Assembly (NCBI GenBank): GCA_963733055.1
Contig: CAVTBR010000002.1
Span: 96,001-160,000, forward strand
Origin: Candidatus Bathyarchaeota archaeon
GTDB taxonomy: Archaea; Thermoproteota; Bathyarchaeia; 40CM-2-53-6
Length of the DNA: 64,000 nucleotides
Reading direction: 5' to 3'
A program made the translations under genes and the position numbers. How positions within the stretch are numbered: the stretch's first letter is position 1; the number at the start of each line of letters is the position of its first letter. Below, one piece after another: positions 49,711 through 60,153 of this stretch. The notes below the pieces were generated by a model that searched no databases, was not told where the DNA came from, and saw only the letters and a list, made by a program, of their open reading frames with translations.

Positions 49711-50463
49711 TTAGTCTCGGGTTTTGTGTCTGATAACACCGTAGGCGAGTACCGTAAGGATTGCAAGTAAGGGCAACCCGTAGGGATATTCAGGTATAAC
49801 TGCTCCGCATGCCGCGCCACCATTCATGACGGGGTTTCCGGTGACGGTGCCGATTATAGTGCCACCGCAGTTGGTGATTGTGCCAGAGTTCTGGATTGAT
49901 TTTCCTGCAACAACGGATATGGTGCCGAAGTTCACGATGGTGCCAGAGTTAATGAGGTTGCCAGTGCCCGGTGCGAGTGTTCCACCGCTTTTGACTGTGA
50001 TGCTTCCAGAATTAGTTATGTCACCTGTTCCGCTGGTGAATGATCCTCCGTTGTTGACAGTGACACTTCCACCGTTACTTATTCCAGTGTCGCCAAAGAT
50101 AAGGCCAGAAGGTCCAGTAATAGTGACAACGCCGCCAACACCAATGCCAATAACGGTACTAAAAGTGAGATCACACGAGTTACAGACTACTGTTCCTCCA
50201 ACCGTGAGGCTCCTTGCAATTTGTGACGTACTTGCCGTGGCGGTATCCCCCGAAGGAACGGCAGCATCATCTAAAGCAAAAAGCGTCGGCACATGGCCGC
50301 AACTCCAGTTGGCTGCTGTCTCCCAAGTACCGCTGCTTACCTGAAAGGTGCAAGTGCCTGCATGAGCTTGTGGGATTGGAACGAGAACTACAGCTGCCAG
50401 ATACAAAATAGCCACAAAAGCAATTGTCGTCGGCTTTAACCATCGATTTTGCAACGTAATCAA
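49711..50463 (-). CDS. Secreted Gly/Thr-rich beta-helix-like protein with PEF-CTERM-like sorting signal
   Basis: Signal peptide ending AHA; repeated I.N.G.ITV..GGT units; C-terminal VIPEYPYG + TM + RHKTRD. Confidence 0.75.
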   Translation of the reverse strand: MITLQNRWLKPTTIAFVAILYLAAVVLVPIPQAHAGTCTFQVSSGTWETAANWSCGHVPTLFALDDAAVPSGDTATASTSQIARSLTVGGTVVCNSCDLTFSTVIGIGVGGVVTITGPSGLIFGDTGISNGGSVTVNNGGSFTSGTGDITNSGSITVKSGGTLAPGTGNLINSGTIVNFGTISVVAGKSIQNSGTITNCGGTIIGTVTGNPVMNGGAACGAVIPEYPYGLPLLAILTVLAYGVIRHKTRD

Positions 50464-50700
50464 TCAGCAAGTGAGCACCAGTGTTCATTCATTATATAAT
50501 ACATATTGCGGGAAAGGGAGAGTTACAGTAACGTTTCGATTAAGAAACACTCAATACCTATACCTACTTTTCTTAGCACTCGCATTCTGAATCAGAGTCA
50601 ACCACTTATCCTCTCCCTCGACTTCGATTCCCGCCAAGTCTGCGGTGAACCGTTAAGAAGGAATTTTGTTGCCACCACTGCGGGCCAGGCATTGAGGCTC

Positions 50701-51609
50701 TTATTGCTGCTCTATTCTGCGATAGAGTTGGAGCGCTTCGGTCAGCCGCTTGCGCGATTCGGGGCTGTAGGGCTCGCATTGAAACATGATATGCTGCACG
50801 CCGAGTTCCGCATACCCACGCATTGCCGCCGCAATCTCCTCCACCGTACCCGTCAGGGGATTGTCGAAGAACTTCGGTTTCTTTTCTTGGAGGTCGGGGA
50901 ACCAGAGGCCGATGAGCGCCGTGATTCCAATCGTCGCCGGGTCGCGTCCGACCTCGCGGCATGCGGCTTCGATTTTGGCGAACCGTTCGGACATTGTTTC
51001 AGGTTTGCCCATATAGCCAGTGTTCCAGAGGTCGGCATACTGTGCGGTCAGCTTGAGCATGCGCGGACCTTCGCTTCCCACCAACAACGGCGGCCCCTCT
51101 GACCGCGGGCCGCGCGGCACGTTATCGCAGTTTCGCGCTTGGTAATACTGTCCCGCGAAATCGACATGCCCTTCACGCAGCAGTGGCTTGAGGATCTGCA
51201 ATGCTTCTTCGAACCGGTCCACGCGACGATCGAAGGGCAACCCGAACGCCTGATACTCCGGCTCGTTCCATCCCGCGCCAACACCAAGGACCAAGCGCCC
51301 GTGGCTCACCTCATCGACGGTCGTCGCCATTTTCGCCAGGAGCGCCGGATTGCGGAAGGAACTGCACGTCACCATGGTGCCGATCTCCACGCGGTGTGTC
51401 GCTTCGGCCAGCGCCGCCAGCATCGTCCAGCACTCCCAAACTCCCCTGGTCGGCTCACCAGGATTGCGATAGAGGAAGTGGTCAGCGAGCCAGATGCTGT
51501 CAAAGCCATCCGTCTCCGCCTGTTGCACGACTGAGCGGATCGAATCATAAGGACGCTTGCTGTTATTTTCACGGTCGTTCGCCGTAAAGACCATCAGCCC
51601 AATCTTCAC
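50701..51609 (-). CDS. LLM-class flavin-dependent oxidoreductase
   Basis: AE..GFDSIWLADH, RNPALLAKMATTVD..S.GRLVLGVGAGW and A.YAD.WN motifs; start taken at GTG 51609. Confidence 0.92.
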   Translation of the reverse strand: MKIGLMVFTANDRENNSKRPYDSIRSVVQQAETDGFDSIWLADHFLYRNPGEPTRGVWECWTMLAALAEATHRVEIGTMVTCSSFRNPALLAKMATTVDEVSHGRLVLGVGAGWNEPEYQAFGLPFDRRVDRFEEALQILKPLLREGHVDFAGQYYQARNCDNVPRGPRSEGPPLLVGSEGPRMLKLTAQYADLWNTGYMGKPETMSERFAKIEAACREVGRDPATIGITALIGLWFPDLQEKKPKFFDNPLTGTVEEIAAAMRGYAELGVQHIMFQCEPYSPESRKRLTEALQLYRRIEQQ

Positions 51610-51859
51610 TTCTTGCTCACTCGAACCTTCTCTTTGGGCATCGGTGCTCTCGCACGGAACCTTCAAACCTGAACCCACGATCGGCAAATCCACGAGGCCG
51701 CCTTTTTAAGCGATGAAGGGGCAACCGTGCTAGTTATCTGCTAAACGCGCCAGCAGCGCGCAACGGTGTCTAGACACTTGGCTCGAGCGTGAATCTAAGC
51801 CTGATTAGAGGAGAAGAAAATATGATGGGTGGGAATGCTCCGCATGCCTTTCCGGGAGA

Positions 51860-52096
51860 TCAGGATTTTGCGGTTTCAGGTTTGTGAACTGTGTAGGCGT
51901 GCCCCGTAATTCCCATACCGAGTCTCTCTACGCCGAGAAGGATCATAGCGAAGGCCAGGATGTAAACCACAACGAGTAACCCGAATCCTGGGAAGACGAG
52001 CACCAGTATCCCTGCTACGAGTGTCACCAACCCTACTACGACGGCGAGAGCTCGCGCCCAACCCGGCAACTTTTGACTTTGCATTTCCATTTCCAA
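51860..52096 (-). CDS. DUF308/HdeD-like small membrane protein
   Basis: Two TMs with G...L.FP and GVERL..G pattern. Confidence 0.65.
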   Translation of the reverse strand: MEMEMQSQKLPGWARALAVVVGLVTLVAGILVLVFPGFGLLVVVYILAFAMILLGVERLGMGITGHAYTVHKPETAKS

Positions 52097-52244
52097 CTCA
52101 CCCCCTCCACACTCTAAAGGCGAGACCTGCGGTCCAGTGCATATAAGACCTAACGAACTTTCGGATCGTTCAGAACAGAATTAGCAAGGTTGATTCAGCG
52201 AATCCCTCCTTTGTACAATGAAGTTCAGCGAAGAATTTTGCAAA

Positions 52245-52634
52245 TCACTTGGGGACTATGCAGATGAACTTGAGAGTGTCCGTGCCTGCTTGGAACTGAT
52301 GCTTCTTGTCGGGTGGGATTAGGATGGCGTCCCCGGGTTGGATTACTTCCTCACGGTCCTCGTACCGAACCTTTCCTCGCCCCTCAAGGATGTAGACTTC
52401 GTGCTCCCAATGATGGTTATGAAACGGCGTGAAGCCACCGGCTTCGAGCGTGAAATGGCGCATGAGAACGGTGGGTGCTCCATCCTTTTCATTGATGAGC
52501 CACTTTATCCTCGCCCCTTTAGATCCCTCTTCCGTAACAGGAGCATCGGCCACCGCGGTCACGTTTACCTTATGCAACCCTGACCTTAATGGTTCGACTC
52601 GAGCGGGAAAATAAAGGTGCGGCTTGAGGCTCAC
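52245..52634 (-). CDS. Cupin-domain protein
   Basis: TPFHNHHWEHEVYILEG and PGD...IPP...HQF motifs. Confidence 0.9.
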   Translation of the reverse strand: MSLKPHLYFPARVEPLRSGLHKVNVTAVADAPVTEEGSKGARIKWLINEKDGAPTVLMRHFTLEAGGFTPFHNHHWEHEVYILEGRGKVRYEDREEVIQPGDAILIPPDKKHQFQAGTDTLKFICIVPK

Positions 52635-52665
52635 AGCACTCTTTCGACCTTATCGGAATCCGCGG

Positions 52666-52773
52666 TTAGAGGATGACTTGGATGTATCGGAAGAATGCTG
52701 TGTAATCGCCTGTGATGACGAAGATTGCGGCGATTCCTAAGGGTAGGTATTTGGCGATATTCGAGCGTCCCAT
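52666..52773 (-). CDS. Possible 35-aa hydrophobic peptide
   Basis: Manual translation MGRSNIAKYLPLGIAAIFVITGDYTAFFRYIQVIL; TTTATATG about 50 bp upstream. Confidence 0.3.
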   Translation of the reverse strand: MGRSNIAKYLPLGIAAIFVITGDYTAFFRYIQVIL

Positions 52774-52986
52774 GGATAGCACAGTAACGTACCACAGAAT
52801 TCGTGTAGTACACTCAGACACATATAAAGGTCAACTCAAAGATCGACATACATCGAAAAGACGAATGGTCGATAACCGACCCATCCAATTTGGAGTTAAC
52901 ATAAACGTACGAATAACCATGCGAATCAATGGACAACGAGAGACCAAACCATATCCCGAACCCGTCCCGTTCTCCACTGAACTGCC

Positions 52987-53274
52987 TTACCTCGTGAAAT
53001 CGAGCAAGCTTCGGTCATCGCTCTTGCCCCCGGCCTCGGGAGCACTCTTAGCCTTCCCTCCCTCGCCGCGCGTCTCAGCCAGCAGTACCAGGGATTCCCC
53101 CTTCGGAATGTTCAACCGTACAGCCAGTTCGTCGGGGGATATGTCCGGCATCTCCTTGAGCATCACATCCTGAACGTACCGCTTATGGCTCTTGTACATG
53201 AGAAGGGCATGTGCGGTGTCAACCAGCGCCTTCCACAACTCTTCTTTCTCAACAGCATTCGGAGCGTTTGACAT
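52987..53274 (-). CDS. Small hypothetical protein with HTH-like segment
   Basis: ISPDELAVRLNIPKGE; follows gltX. Confidence 0.65.
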   Translation of the reverse strand: MSNAPNAVEKEELWKALVDTAHALLMYKSHKRYVQDVMLKEMPDISPDELAVRLNIPKGESLVLLAETRGEGGKAKSAPEAGGKSDDRSLLDFTR

Positions 53275-53294
53275 TCAATTCCCCTATGCCCAAG

Positions 53295-55031
53295 TCACTG
53301 ATGCGCGAAATACACAGTTATCCCACTCGCCGTAGAAGCGTCAACCCTTCCAAACCCAAACCTAACAAACTGAATAACGGATCCGACCGATTCTGCTCGC
53401 AGGCCCTCCTCCGCAAAACCGTGCGTACTGGTTGCGTCTGGCATCACGACCGTTACAGGAATCTTTTGTTCGCTCGGAACCCATTGTATGATCGGAATGT
53501 TGTCGGCCTTTGCAGTGGAATCCCCTTGATATACGCCCTTCAGTTCTCCATTCGAAAAGCCTTCTAGGCGCATGGTAAGTAGCCCCATCAACCTTACCGT
53601 TTTGTCAGTTACCAGCAGTGCCCTATCGGTCCCGGCCAGAAGTAGCTTTACGCTTCCATTGAGGGTTTGCAATCTTAGAGTTCTGGCGCCCATTTCTGGG
53701 TGTTGTGGATGCAGCGGAGCTTGTACTTCCAGGTTCTTCTCGACGCCACTCACGACCGTTGTGATCGGGTCTGGAGCGAAGTAGAATCGGTGCGAGGTAG
53801 GGTCGATGAGTTTACGATTCATGGCGTTGATGTTGTCCCAGCTTATGGTCACGTCCACGGGCTTCGGCCCCACGTCCCACATCAGCTGCCTAATCGTCTC
53901 CGCCCGGTACCCCCGCCTTCTGAGCGCCGCCAGCGTCCCAAGTCTAGGATCGTCAACCGTTTTGTATTCTCCCTCGTCAAGTGCTCTCATCATCTTCGAT
54001 TTGCTCAGGTTCATTCCTTCGACCTTCAACCTGCCGAAGTGAATTGCATCTGGATAATGCCAGCCTAGGTGATGGTACATGTACAGTTGCCGAGCCATGT
54101 TGGTCAAATGCTCTTTGCCTCGAATCACGTGGGTTATTCCGAGTTCGTGGTCGTCCACTCCCGACGCCATGTTATACAGGGGCCAGACTCTAAATTTCGA
54201 ACCTACGCGCGGGTGAGGGTTCTTGAGTGTGTCGACGATTCGGAATCCGGGCCAGTCTCGGACGGCGGGGTTCGGATGGTTCAGATCAGTTTTCACTCTA
54301 TAGACTGCCTGCCCTTCACCATATCCTCCATTCAGCATCTTCTCCCATCTTTCGATTTGTTTCTTCACTCCCAACTCCCTGTGCGGGCACGCGGTTTTGC
54401 TGCTCACTAGTGCGCGCCATTGCTCTTGGGGGCATTCGCACACGTAGGCCACATCCTTAGTCAGGAGAGTTCTACCGACTTCGTAGTAGTTCGGAAGACG
54501 ATCACTTTGGATGTATTCTTCGTCCCAACTGCAGCCTAGCCATTTCAGGTCCTCGCGAATAATGTCGTAGTATTGGAGCTGCGCTTTCTTGAGACGGGGG
54601 TCAGTGTCCTCGAATCTAACTATGAATTTCCCGTTGTACATTCTAGCGTAGTCGTGGCTGAGGACCGCGGCTCGCGCGTTGCCGATGTGAAGCACAAAGT
54701 CGGGGTTGGGTGCGACCCGAGTTACGATTGTTGAATATTTGTTCGCGTTTGGGAGCGGTGGGAGCTTTCGTTCTTCTTCCGGCTTTTCCTTCGCCAGTTC
54801 CTCAGGCCATTTCTCGGACGCCTCTCGATTCAACTGCTCTAGCGCAATTGAGTTAACTTCTTGGACAATGCGCCGGACGGATGCCATGAGTTCCTTAGCT
54901 TTCGGCTTCAGGTCGCTGTTTTCCCCGAGCAGATTCCCTAGCACAGCGCCAGGATCCGCGTTGCCATTGTGTTTGATCGCGTTTAGAGCCGCGGCTTTCC
55001 GGATTTTCTCGTCGATGCTGGGGTTTGGCAT
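53295..55031 (-). CDS. gltX: Glutamate--tRNA ligase (archaeal, probably non-discriminating)
   Basis: RVAPNP...LHIGNA (HIGH), RFEDTD, THVIRGKEH, LSKS and QFVRFGF motifs. Confidence 0.95.
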   Translation of the reverse strand: MPNPSIDEKIRKAAALNAIKHNGNADPGAVLGNLLGENSDLKPKAKELMASVRRIVQEVNSIALEQLNREASEKWPEELAKEKPEEERKLPPLPNANKYSTIVTRVAPNPDFVLHIGNARAAVLSHDYARMYNGKFIVRFEDTDPRLKKAQLQYYDIIREDLKWLGCSWDEEYIQSDRLPNYYEVGRTLLTKDVAYVCECPQEQWRALVSSKTACPHRELGVKKQIERWEKMLNGGYGEGQAVYRVKTDLNHPNPAVRDWPGFRIVDTLKNPHPRVGSKFRVWPLYNMASGVDDHELGITHVIRGKEHLTNMARQLYMYHHLGWHYPDAIHFGRLKVEGMNLSKSKMMRALDEGEYKTVDDPRLGTLAALRRRGYRAETIRQLMWDVGPKPVDVTISWDNINAMNRKLIDPTSHRFYFAPDPITTVVSGVEKNLEVQAPLHPQHPEMGARTLRLQTLNGSVKLLLAGTDRALLVTDKTVRLMGLLTMRLEGFSNGELKGVYQGDSTAKADNIPIIQWVPSEQKIPVTVVMPDATSTHGFAEEGLRAESVGSVIQFVRFGFGRVDASTASGITVYFAHQ

Positions 55032-55060
55032 GGGCTTGTTCTCGGTAAATCTACTGCGGC

Positions 55061-56131
55061 TTACTCGATCACACCTGTGATCGTTGCGACTTTCTGGGCA
55101 GCATCTTGGGTCAGGCCACTTTCTCCTAGAATCGTGTAACGTTCGGGCCTTATGGAGTGTGCCATGGTTAGCGCCTTGAGAATGTACTCGGATTCAATTT
55201 GCAATTCCTTCGCCGTCGTCGGCGCGTTGATTTTGTGGAGGAACTCTTTGATCAGTTGCCAATTTGCTCCATGCAAATACGCACACATGATCGTGCCTAC
55301 GCCACATTGCTCACCGTGCAATGCTGGTTTCGGAGCGATCATGGCGAGGGAATGGCTGAAGAGGTGTTCCGCTCCGCTGCAAGGCCGGCTTGTACCTGCG
55401 ATGCTCATCGCTACGCCACAACTGATCAGCGCCTCCACCAAGGTTCTCACTCCTGAATCGGACATCGCCCGAATGCTGCTCGCGTTCTTAATCACGACGC
55501 GGGAACTCATTAGAGCAAGTTCGGCTGCATAGTCACCATAGTATTCGTTCTTTATTCGATGAGCCAGCTTCCAGTCCCGTACGGCCGTATACTTTGCAAC
55601 CACGTCACCGCAGCCGCTGGCGATTAGACGGTATGGTGACTTGGCTATGATACTGGTGTCTGCGACGATCGCGATTGGAGAATGCGCGACGTAGGAATAG
55701 GGACGGTCCATGCCCTTCATCGAGACGAGCGGGCTGGCGATGCCGTCGTGTGATGCCGCGGTTGGAACGCTTAGGAATCGCGTGCCTGCCCTCATGCTGC
55801 TGAGCTTGGCTACGTCAATATCCTTGCCGCCCCCAACACCGACGACTACGTCGGGTTTCATGTCACGGATTCTGTTTTCTACCCTGGCAACTTCCTCAGT
55901 CGTGGAACTGTTAACAGTCATAGTTTCCGTTTTGAAGCCACGAAGTTTCAACGATTCAAGGACGATATCTCCTGCAATCGAGATGACCTTCTCACCGGTA
56001 ACGACAAGCGCCGGGCCATGAAACCCGAGCCGGGTTAGCGTCTCGCCTACCAACGGCGCAACATTGTTTCCAATTAGAACTTCCCGCGGAAGCTGCATGT
56101 AATGTGAATCGCGAGGTATGGAAGGGATCAT
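55061..56131 (-). CDS. egsA: sn-glycerol-1-phosphate dehydrogenase
   Basis: GVGGGKDIDVAK, PTAASHDGIASP, SRPCSGAEHLFSH, HGEQCG and RPERYTIL motifs. Confidence 0.93.
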   Translation of the reverse strand: MIPSIPRDSHYMQLPREVLIGNNVAPLVGETLTRLGFHGPALVVTGEKVISIAGDIVLESLKLRGFKTETMTVNSSTTEEVARVENRIRDMKPDVVVGVGGGKDIDVAKLSSMRAGTRFLSVPTAASHDGIASPLVSMKGMDRPYSYVAHSPIAIVADTSIIAKSPYRLIASGCGDVVAKYTAVRDWKLAHRIKNEYYGDYAAELALMSSRVVIKNASSIRAMSDSGVRTLVEALISCGVAMSIAGTSRPCSGAEHLFSHSLAMIAPKPALHGEQCGVGTIMCAYLHGANWQLIKEFLHKINAPTTAKELQIESEYILKALTMAHSIRPERYTILGESGLTQDAAQKVATITGVIE

Positions 56132-56133
56132 AC

Positions 56134-57948
56134 TTACACCAGAAAGAGCAGAGACAAGATTGTGATTGCTACTACCATTGGGAATAGCGTGAGGGCGGTC
56201 ATTTTCGAAACTCGGTAAACCATGCCCATTACGCGCCTTAGTGATTTCTGGCCGAGCGTTGTAACCGGAATTTGACCGGAGACCACACCGACTTCTGCCT
56301 CCTCTAAGTTGCTTAATGCCTCTCGGCATTCGGCGGTGATTTCTTCTATGATTGGACCATGCGGAGCAACTTCGCCTACGGGGTGGTAGCCCATTCGCGC
56401 GGATACAATCCCATTAACCATGTGAGTGTCCGTTGTCATGACCTCTCCATCTTCAAACCCTAATCCCTTCACGCTCTTTAGAATCTCCTCCCTCAGCCCT
56501 CTAATCATGTTGTTCCCGTCGATCGTTATGTAAGCGAACCTCTGACCCTCGACTTCGACAGCAATTACCGAAATTCCGCCCGGCCCGAACCCATCCTTTA
56601 ACGAAAAGTGCTCCGGTTTCTTATGCGCAACTCCGACCTGGAAGTTCGTTGGCTTTCGCTCTGAAGAAATCTGTAACGAAGCCAATGCCGCTTCCTGCAG
56701 CGCCCCCACTTTCTGAGGGGTCATAGTTGTGGGGCCGGTGAGGCAATTGTGGGCGTCAATCAATGCTAAGCTTCGAAACTTGCCGTGAGTGAGGCCGGAG
56801 AGGTTCTTTGCAAGTTCAGACGGGACATCCTCCATGTCGAGGGGAGAGGTGGTCATCGTTACCAGGGCGCAGCCGTCGAAGATTTGCGACGTTGCGGTAG
56901 CTACTTCGTTGGCCGTTCTTTCAACCGGTGTCGCCTCCTTGTAATATTCGGTTTTTCCGAGGTTAGTGAACACCCAGTTGAGAATTCTTTCATTCTGCTC
57001 TTGGGACACTAAGTTCAGCTCATGTCCGGACACGCCGTGCGGAACCATAGCGACCGCATTCAATTCCCTCTGCATGACAGATTCGAATAGAAATGGCAAG
57101 ACGCTGCTACCGACGTTCAGGAATGGACCTGGGTGTACGGTGGATACTAGAATTACACCCTTAACGTTCTGACTTCCTTTCTTGCGAAACGCAAATGCGG
57201 CCGCATCTATTTCCGTTTCCACTCCCAGCTCGTGAAGGTACGATTCTAGCTCAACGTTCTCCGTCTCTAGCCAATCAGTCAGAAAGGCACGAAACATACG
57301 GATAGGAGAGAACCCGATCGCCTTGCGGCCCGTTGACTCGATCGTAGAGATCAGCGCAAAGGCGAACGACAAACCCACAGTGGAGGCGAGCAAAAGACCC
57401 GTTATCATTCGCCCGGCGGGAAGCCCGAACACAAGTACTGAAGTCAACGCGACGAGGCAGGGCTCGAGTAAGGCGAAAACCAATCTCCGGGCGAAGCTGG
57501 TCCGTGACATTGAAAACACGGCTAAGGCCCTAGGCGGGATAACAGCGAACAGCCCGACGATAATCGCGAAGTCGGGAAAGATAAACCTCGGATCGATAAC
57601 GGCGATGACCGCGGTGATCAAGAACACTGCGACCATCGTGATCGTCATAAAGAATGAAAGAGCGAGGCAGCGCCTGAGGTAGAATAAGGGGTCTTTCTTC
57701 ATTATGGTAAAGTAGAGAACAATGTCCGAGGTGAAAGCCGGTATGGTGAGCGCCATTACTCCCCATGCCATGCCGTAGAGGAAAGACCCTAGGGTACCTT
57801 TGGTGATTAAGAATGAAAAGCCGATTCCGAATGTTGTGAAGAGAATCGAATTGAGAAGGATCGACCTAGTGGACGGAAACGCTATGCGCCTAATCATATT
57901 GTAGTATGGCGTCGTGCCAATTATGCGTCTTGAGGAAGAATGCGCCAA
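56134..57948 (-). CDS. DUF2070-family membrane protein
   Basis: N-terminal TMs plus VHPGPF..VGSS, PHG..GH, IDAHN, DGNNM and TTDTH motifs. Confidence 0.85.
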   Translation of the reverse strand: MAHSSSRRIIGTTPYYNMIRRIAFPSTRSILLNSILFTTFGIGFSFLITKGTLGSFLYGMAWGVMALTIPAFTSDIVLYFTIMKKDPLFYLRRCLALSFFMTITMVAVFLITAVIAVIDPRFIFPDFAIIVGLFAVIPPRALAVFSMSRTSFARRLVFALLEPCLVALTSVLVFGLPAGRMITGLLLASTVGLSFAFALISTIESTGRKAIGFSPIRMFRAFLTDWLETENVELESYLHELGVETEIDAAAFAFRKKGSQNVKGVILVSTVHPGPFLNVGSSVLPFLFESVMQRELNAVAMVPHGVSGHELNLVSQEQNERILNWVFTNLGKTEYYKEATPVERTANEVATATSQIFDGCALVTMTTSPLDMEDVPSELAKNLSGLTHGKFRSLALIDAHNCLTGPTTMTPQKVGALQEAALASLQISSERKPTNFQVGVAHKKPEHFSLKDGFGPGGISVIAVEVEGQRFAYITIDGNNMIRGLREEILKSVKGLGFEDGEVMTTDTHMVNGIVSARMGYHPVGEVAPHGPIIEEITAECREALSNLEEAEVGVVSGQIPVTTLGQKSLRRVMGMVYRVSKMTALTLFPMVVAITILSLLFLV

Positions 57949-57967
57949 GCGCTAGCCTCGCCAACTG

Positions 57968-58717
57968 TCACTGTATGGCTCGGATAATCTCGTGCAGTTT
58001 CCTCACAGACGCATTTTCCGCAATAGTACCGGTAACAATTAGATCCACGCCCGCCTTCACGAGTTTTACGGCTTGGGGTGGAGACCTGATTCCTCCGCCT
58101 GCTATGATGTGCATCCGGCACGTTTTCCGCACCGCTGAAACCATTTCCGAGGAAACGATCTGTCTCGCTCCTGAACCTGCCTCAAGGTACACGAATCTCA
58201 TCCCGAGGTATTCAGCGGCTAGTGCATAGATCGCCGCTAGCTCGGGCTTGTCGTAGGGGATCGGGTTTGCGTTACCCACAAACCCCGCAGCGCCAGCATG
58301 TTCCCCGATAATCAAGTAGGCCAGCGGAATCGGTTCGATGCCGTATCGCTTCACTAGCGGAGCGCCGAGTGCCTGCGCTCCCGAGAGGTAGTAGGGGTTT
58401 ATCGAATTCAGGAGGGACATGAAGAAGACGGCGTCGGCATGTCGACTCAATCCGGCAACGTCGTTTGGAAAAAGAATGACCTTGAGGCCTGATGTTCTGA
58501 TCGCCTTAACGATTGCATCGAGTTCATAGACTGAGGTGGAGGTGGAACCTCCGACCATAGCCGCGGCGGTACCGGCCTTCTTGGCCTCGGATGCCAATCT
58601 CTTGGCGGCAAACGGCGTTAGTTTTTCTGGATCGAAAAGGGTTAGGTGGGCAACTCCTTTTTCCTTAATCACAGTCAGTAGATGATTCTCTACGGTCCCG
58701 ATTTTGATTTCGGACAA
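57968..58717 (-). CDS. Geranylgeranylglyceryl phosphate synthase
   Basis: H.TLFDPEK, MVGGS, ILFP, SLLNS, YLEAGSGA and GGGIR motifs; start taken at TTG 58717. Confidence 0.93.
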   Translation of the reverse strand: MSEIKIGTVENHLLTVIKEKGVAHLTLFDPEKLTPFAAKRLASEAKKAGTAAAMVGGSTSTSVYELDAIVKAIRTSGLKVILFPNDVAGLSRHADAVFFMSLLNSINPYYLSGAQALGAPLVKRYGIEPIPLAYLIIGEHAGAAGFVGNANPIPYDKPELAAIYALAAEYLGMRFVYLEAGSGARQIVSSEMVSAVRKTCRMHIIAGGGIRSPPQAVKLVKAGVDLIVTGTIAENASVRKLHEIIRAIQ

Positions 58718-58790
58718 GGAATGAGGCACCCAACATCTTGGAGTGTTGATGAGATTGATTGTTGCTGAAACTGGGCGTGATACTATTAAA

Positions 58791-59702
58791 ATGGTGGGTT
58801 GGAGAGTGGTCACGCAGCACGAAGTAGGCCCGAAAGCGTTGCAGTCGAACTCGAATTCCTCCGCGGTCCAGAAAATCGTTGCGCTCCTAACAATGATGCG
58901 CTTGCCCAACTGCGCGATGATAGGTTTCGCGGTCATCGTCGGAGAGATCATATCCTCTTCAATTGTTCCTGTTAGGGCGTTGTTCTACGGATTCGGGGCC
59001 GGGTTCTTCCTTTTGGCCGCGTCAATGGTAGTGAACGATTATTTTGACCGCGAGATCGATTCGATCAATGAACCAAAACGACCTCTCCCGTCGGGCGTAG
59101 TTAGTTCGAAGGAGGCGCTGTCGTTTGCTGCGATTCTGGGATCCCTCGGACTTCTCTCAGCGTCCTACACTGGAATTCCAACTCTAGTAATCGCTTTGCT
59201 GAGCCTTGTGATTATGATGTCGTACAATGCTAGGTTGAAGAAGACGGGTCTTCTTGGCAACGTGTTAGTGAGCACAAATGTTGCGATACCGTTCGTCTAT
59301 GGCGGATTCGCCGTTGCTAGCTTGAACTGGTCCTTGGGGATATTCGCATTGCTTGCTTTTCTCTCAAGCGTAGGAAGGGAGATTGTGAAAGGGATCGTTG
59401 ATGTTCCCGGCGATACTTCGAGAGGAGTTCGGTCGATCGCCACAACTAAGGGGAATGCGGTAGCCGGGAAATATGGCGCGTCGCTCTTCTTGGCCGCAGT
59501 TGCGCTGAGCGCTGTTCCATTGTTATTCGGTTTGGTTACATACTACTACATACCATTGGTTGCGATATGCGACATTGGATTCGTGCTGACAGCATACTCT
59601 ATTTTGAGTAATGCCAGCCCCAGAAACGCCAAGCGTAACAAGAAGTACATCCTCCTATGGATGACCTTCGGTCTGCTAGCATTCGTAGTTGGATCAGTGT
59701 AA
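58791..59702 (+). CDS. Digeranylgeranylglyceryl phosphate synthase (UbiA family)
   Basis: MRLPNC, NDYFDREID.IN.P.RPLPSG and REIVKGIVD..GD motifs; divergent from GGGPS. Confidence 0.88.
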   Translation: MVGWRVVTQHEVGPKALQSNSNSSAVQKIVALLTMMRLPNCAMIGFAVIVGEIISSSIVPVRALFYGFGAGFFLLAASMVVNDYFDREIDSINEPKRPLPSGVVSSKEALSFAAILGSLGLLSASYTGIPTLVIALLSLVIMMSYNARLKKTGLLGNVLVSTNVAIPFVYGGFAVASLNWSLGIFALLAFLSSVGREIVKGIVDVPGDTSRGVRSIATTKGNAVAGKYGASLFLAAVALSAVPLLFGLVTYYYIPLVAICDIGFVLTAYSILSNASPRNAKRNKKYILLWMTFGLLAFVVGSV

Positions 59703-59772
59703 CCCAGCGCCACGTATGGGAGAGAAAACAGAGTGTACAAAGCCTTTTATGAGATAAAATCCGTAAGGCATC

Positions 59773-60153
59773 TTGGAAGGGTATGGTTTGAAAGTGAATG
59801 ATACCCGTATAACACGAATTCGCGGGATTGAATCTCGCGGAAAACGAAAACTTTCCAAAGAGTCCCTGACTGCCTTTCCGAAAGAAATTGTTGGAACATT
59901 TGCCCACCTACCCAAGGTCTTCAAGAAAGTAGACATCGACCGCTTAATGGGAGACCAGATCTCGCGCAGCATGAAGTGGCGCTATATTCGCCGTATGGAG
60001 CGCCTCGGAATCGTAAAGCATGCAACCAAGAAATATTACAGAAAGATGTACGATACGATTTCCGAATGGATGGAGAAAGACGCGATTCCGAAGGTACGCC
60101 GGCTCGAAATGCTCGTCGAAGTCGAGACACCGTCTTCCGCGACTACCGTTTAG
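59773..60153 (+). CDS. Basic hypothetical protein, possible winged helix
   Basis: WRYIRRMERLGIVK...KYYRK pattern. Confidence 0.55.
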   Translation: MEGYGLKVNDTRITRIRGIESRGKRKLSKESLTAFPKEIVGTFAHLPKVFKKVDIDRLMGDQISRSMKWRYIRRMERLGIVKHATKKYYRKMYDTISEWMEKDAIPKVRRLEMLVEVETPSSATTV

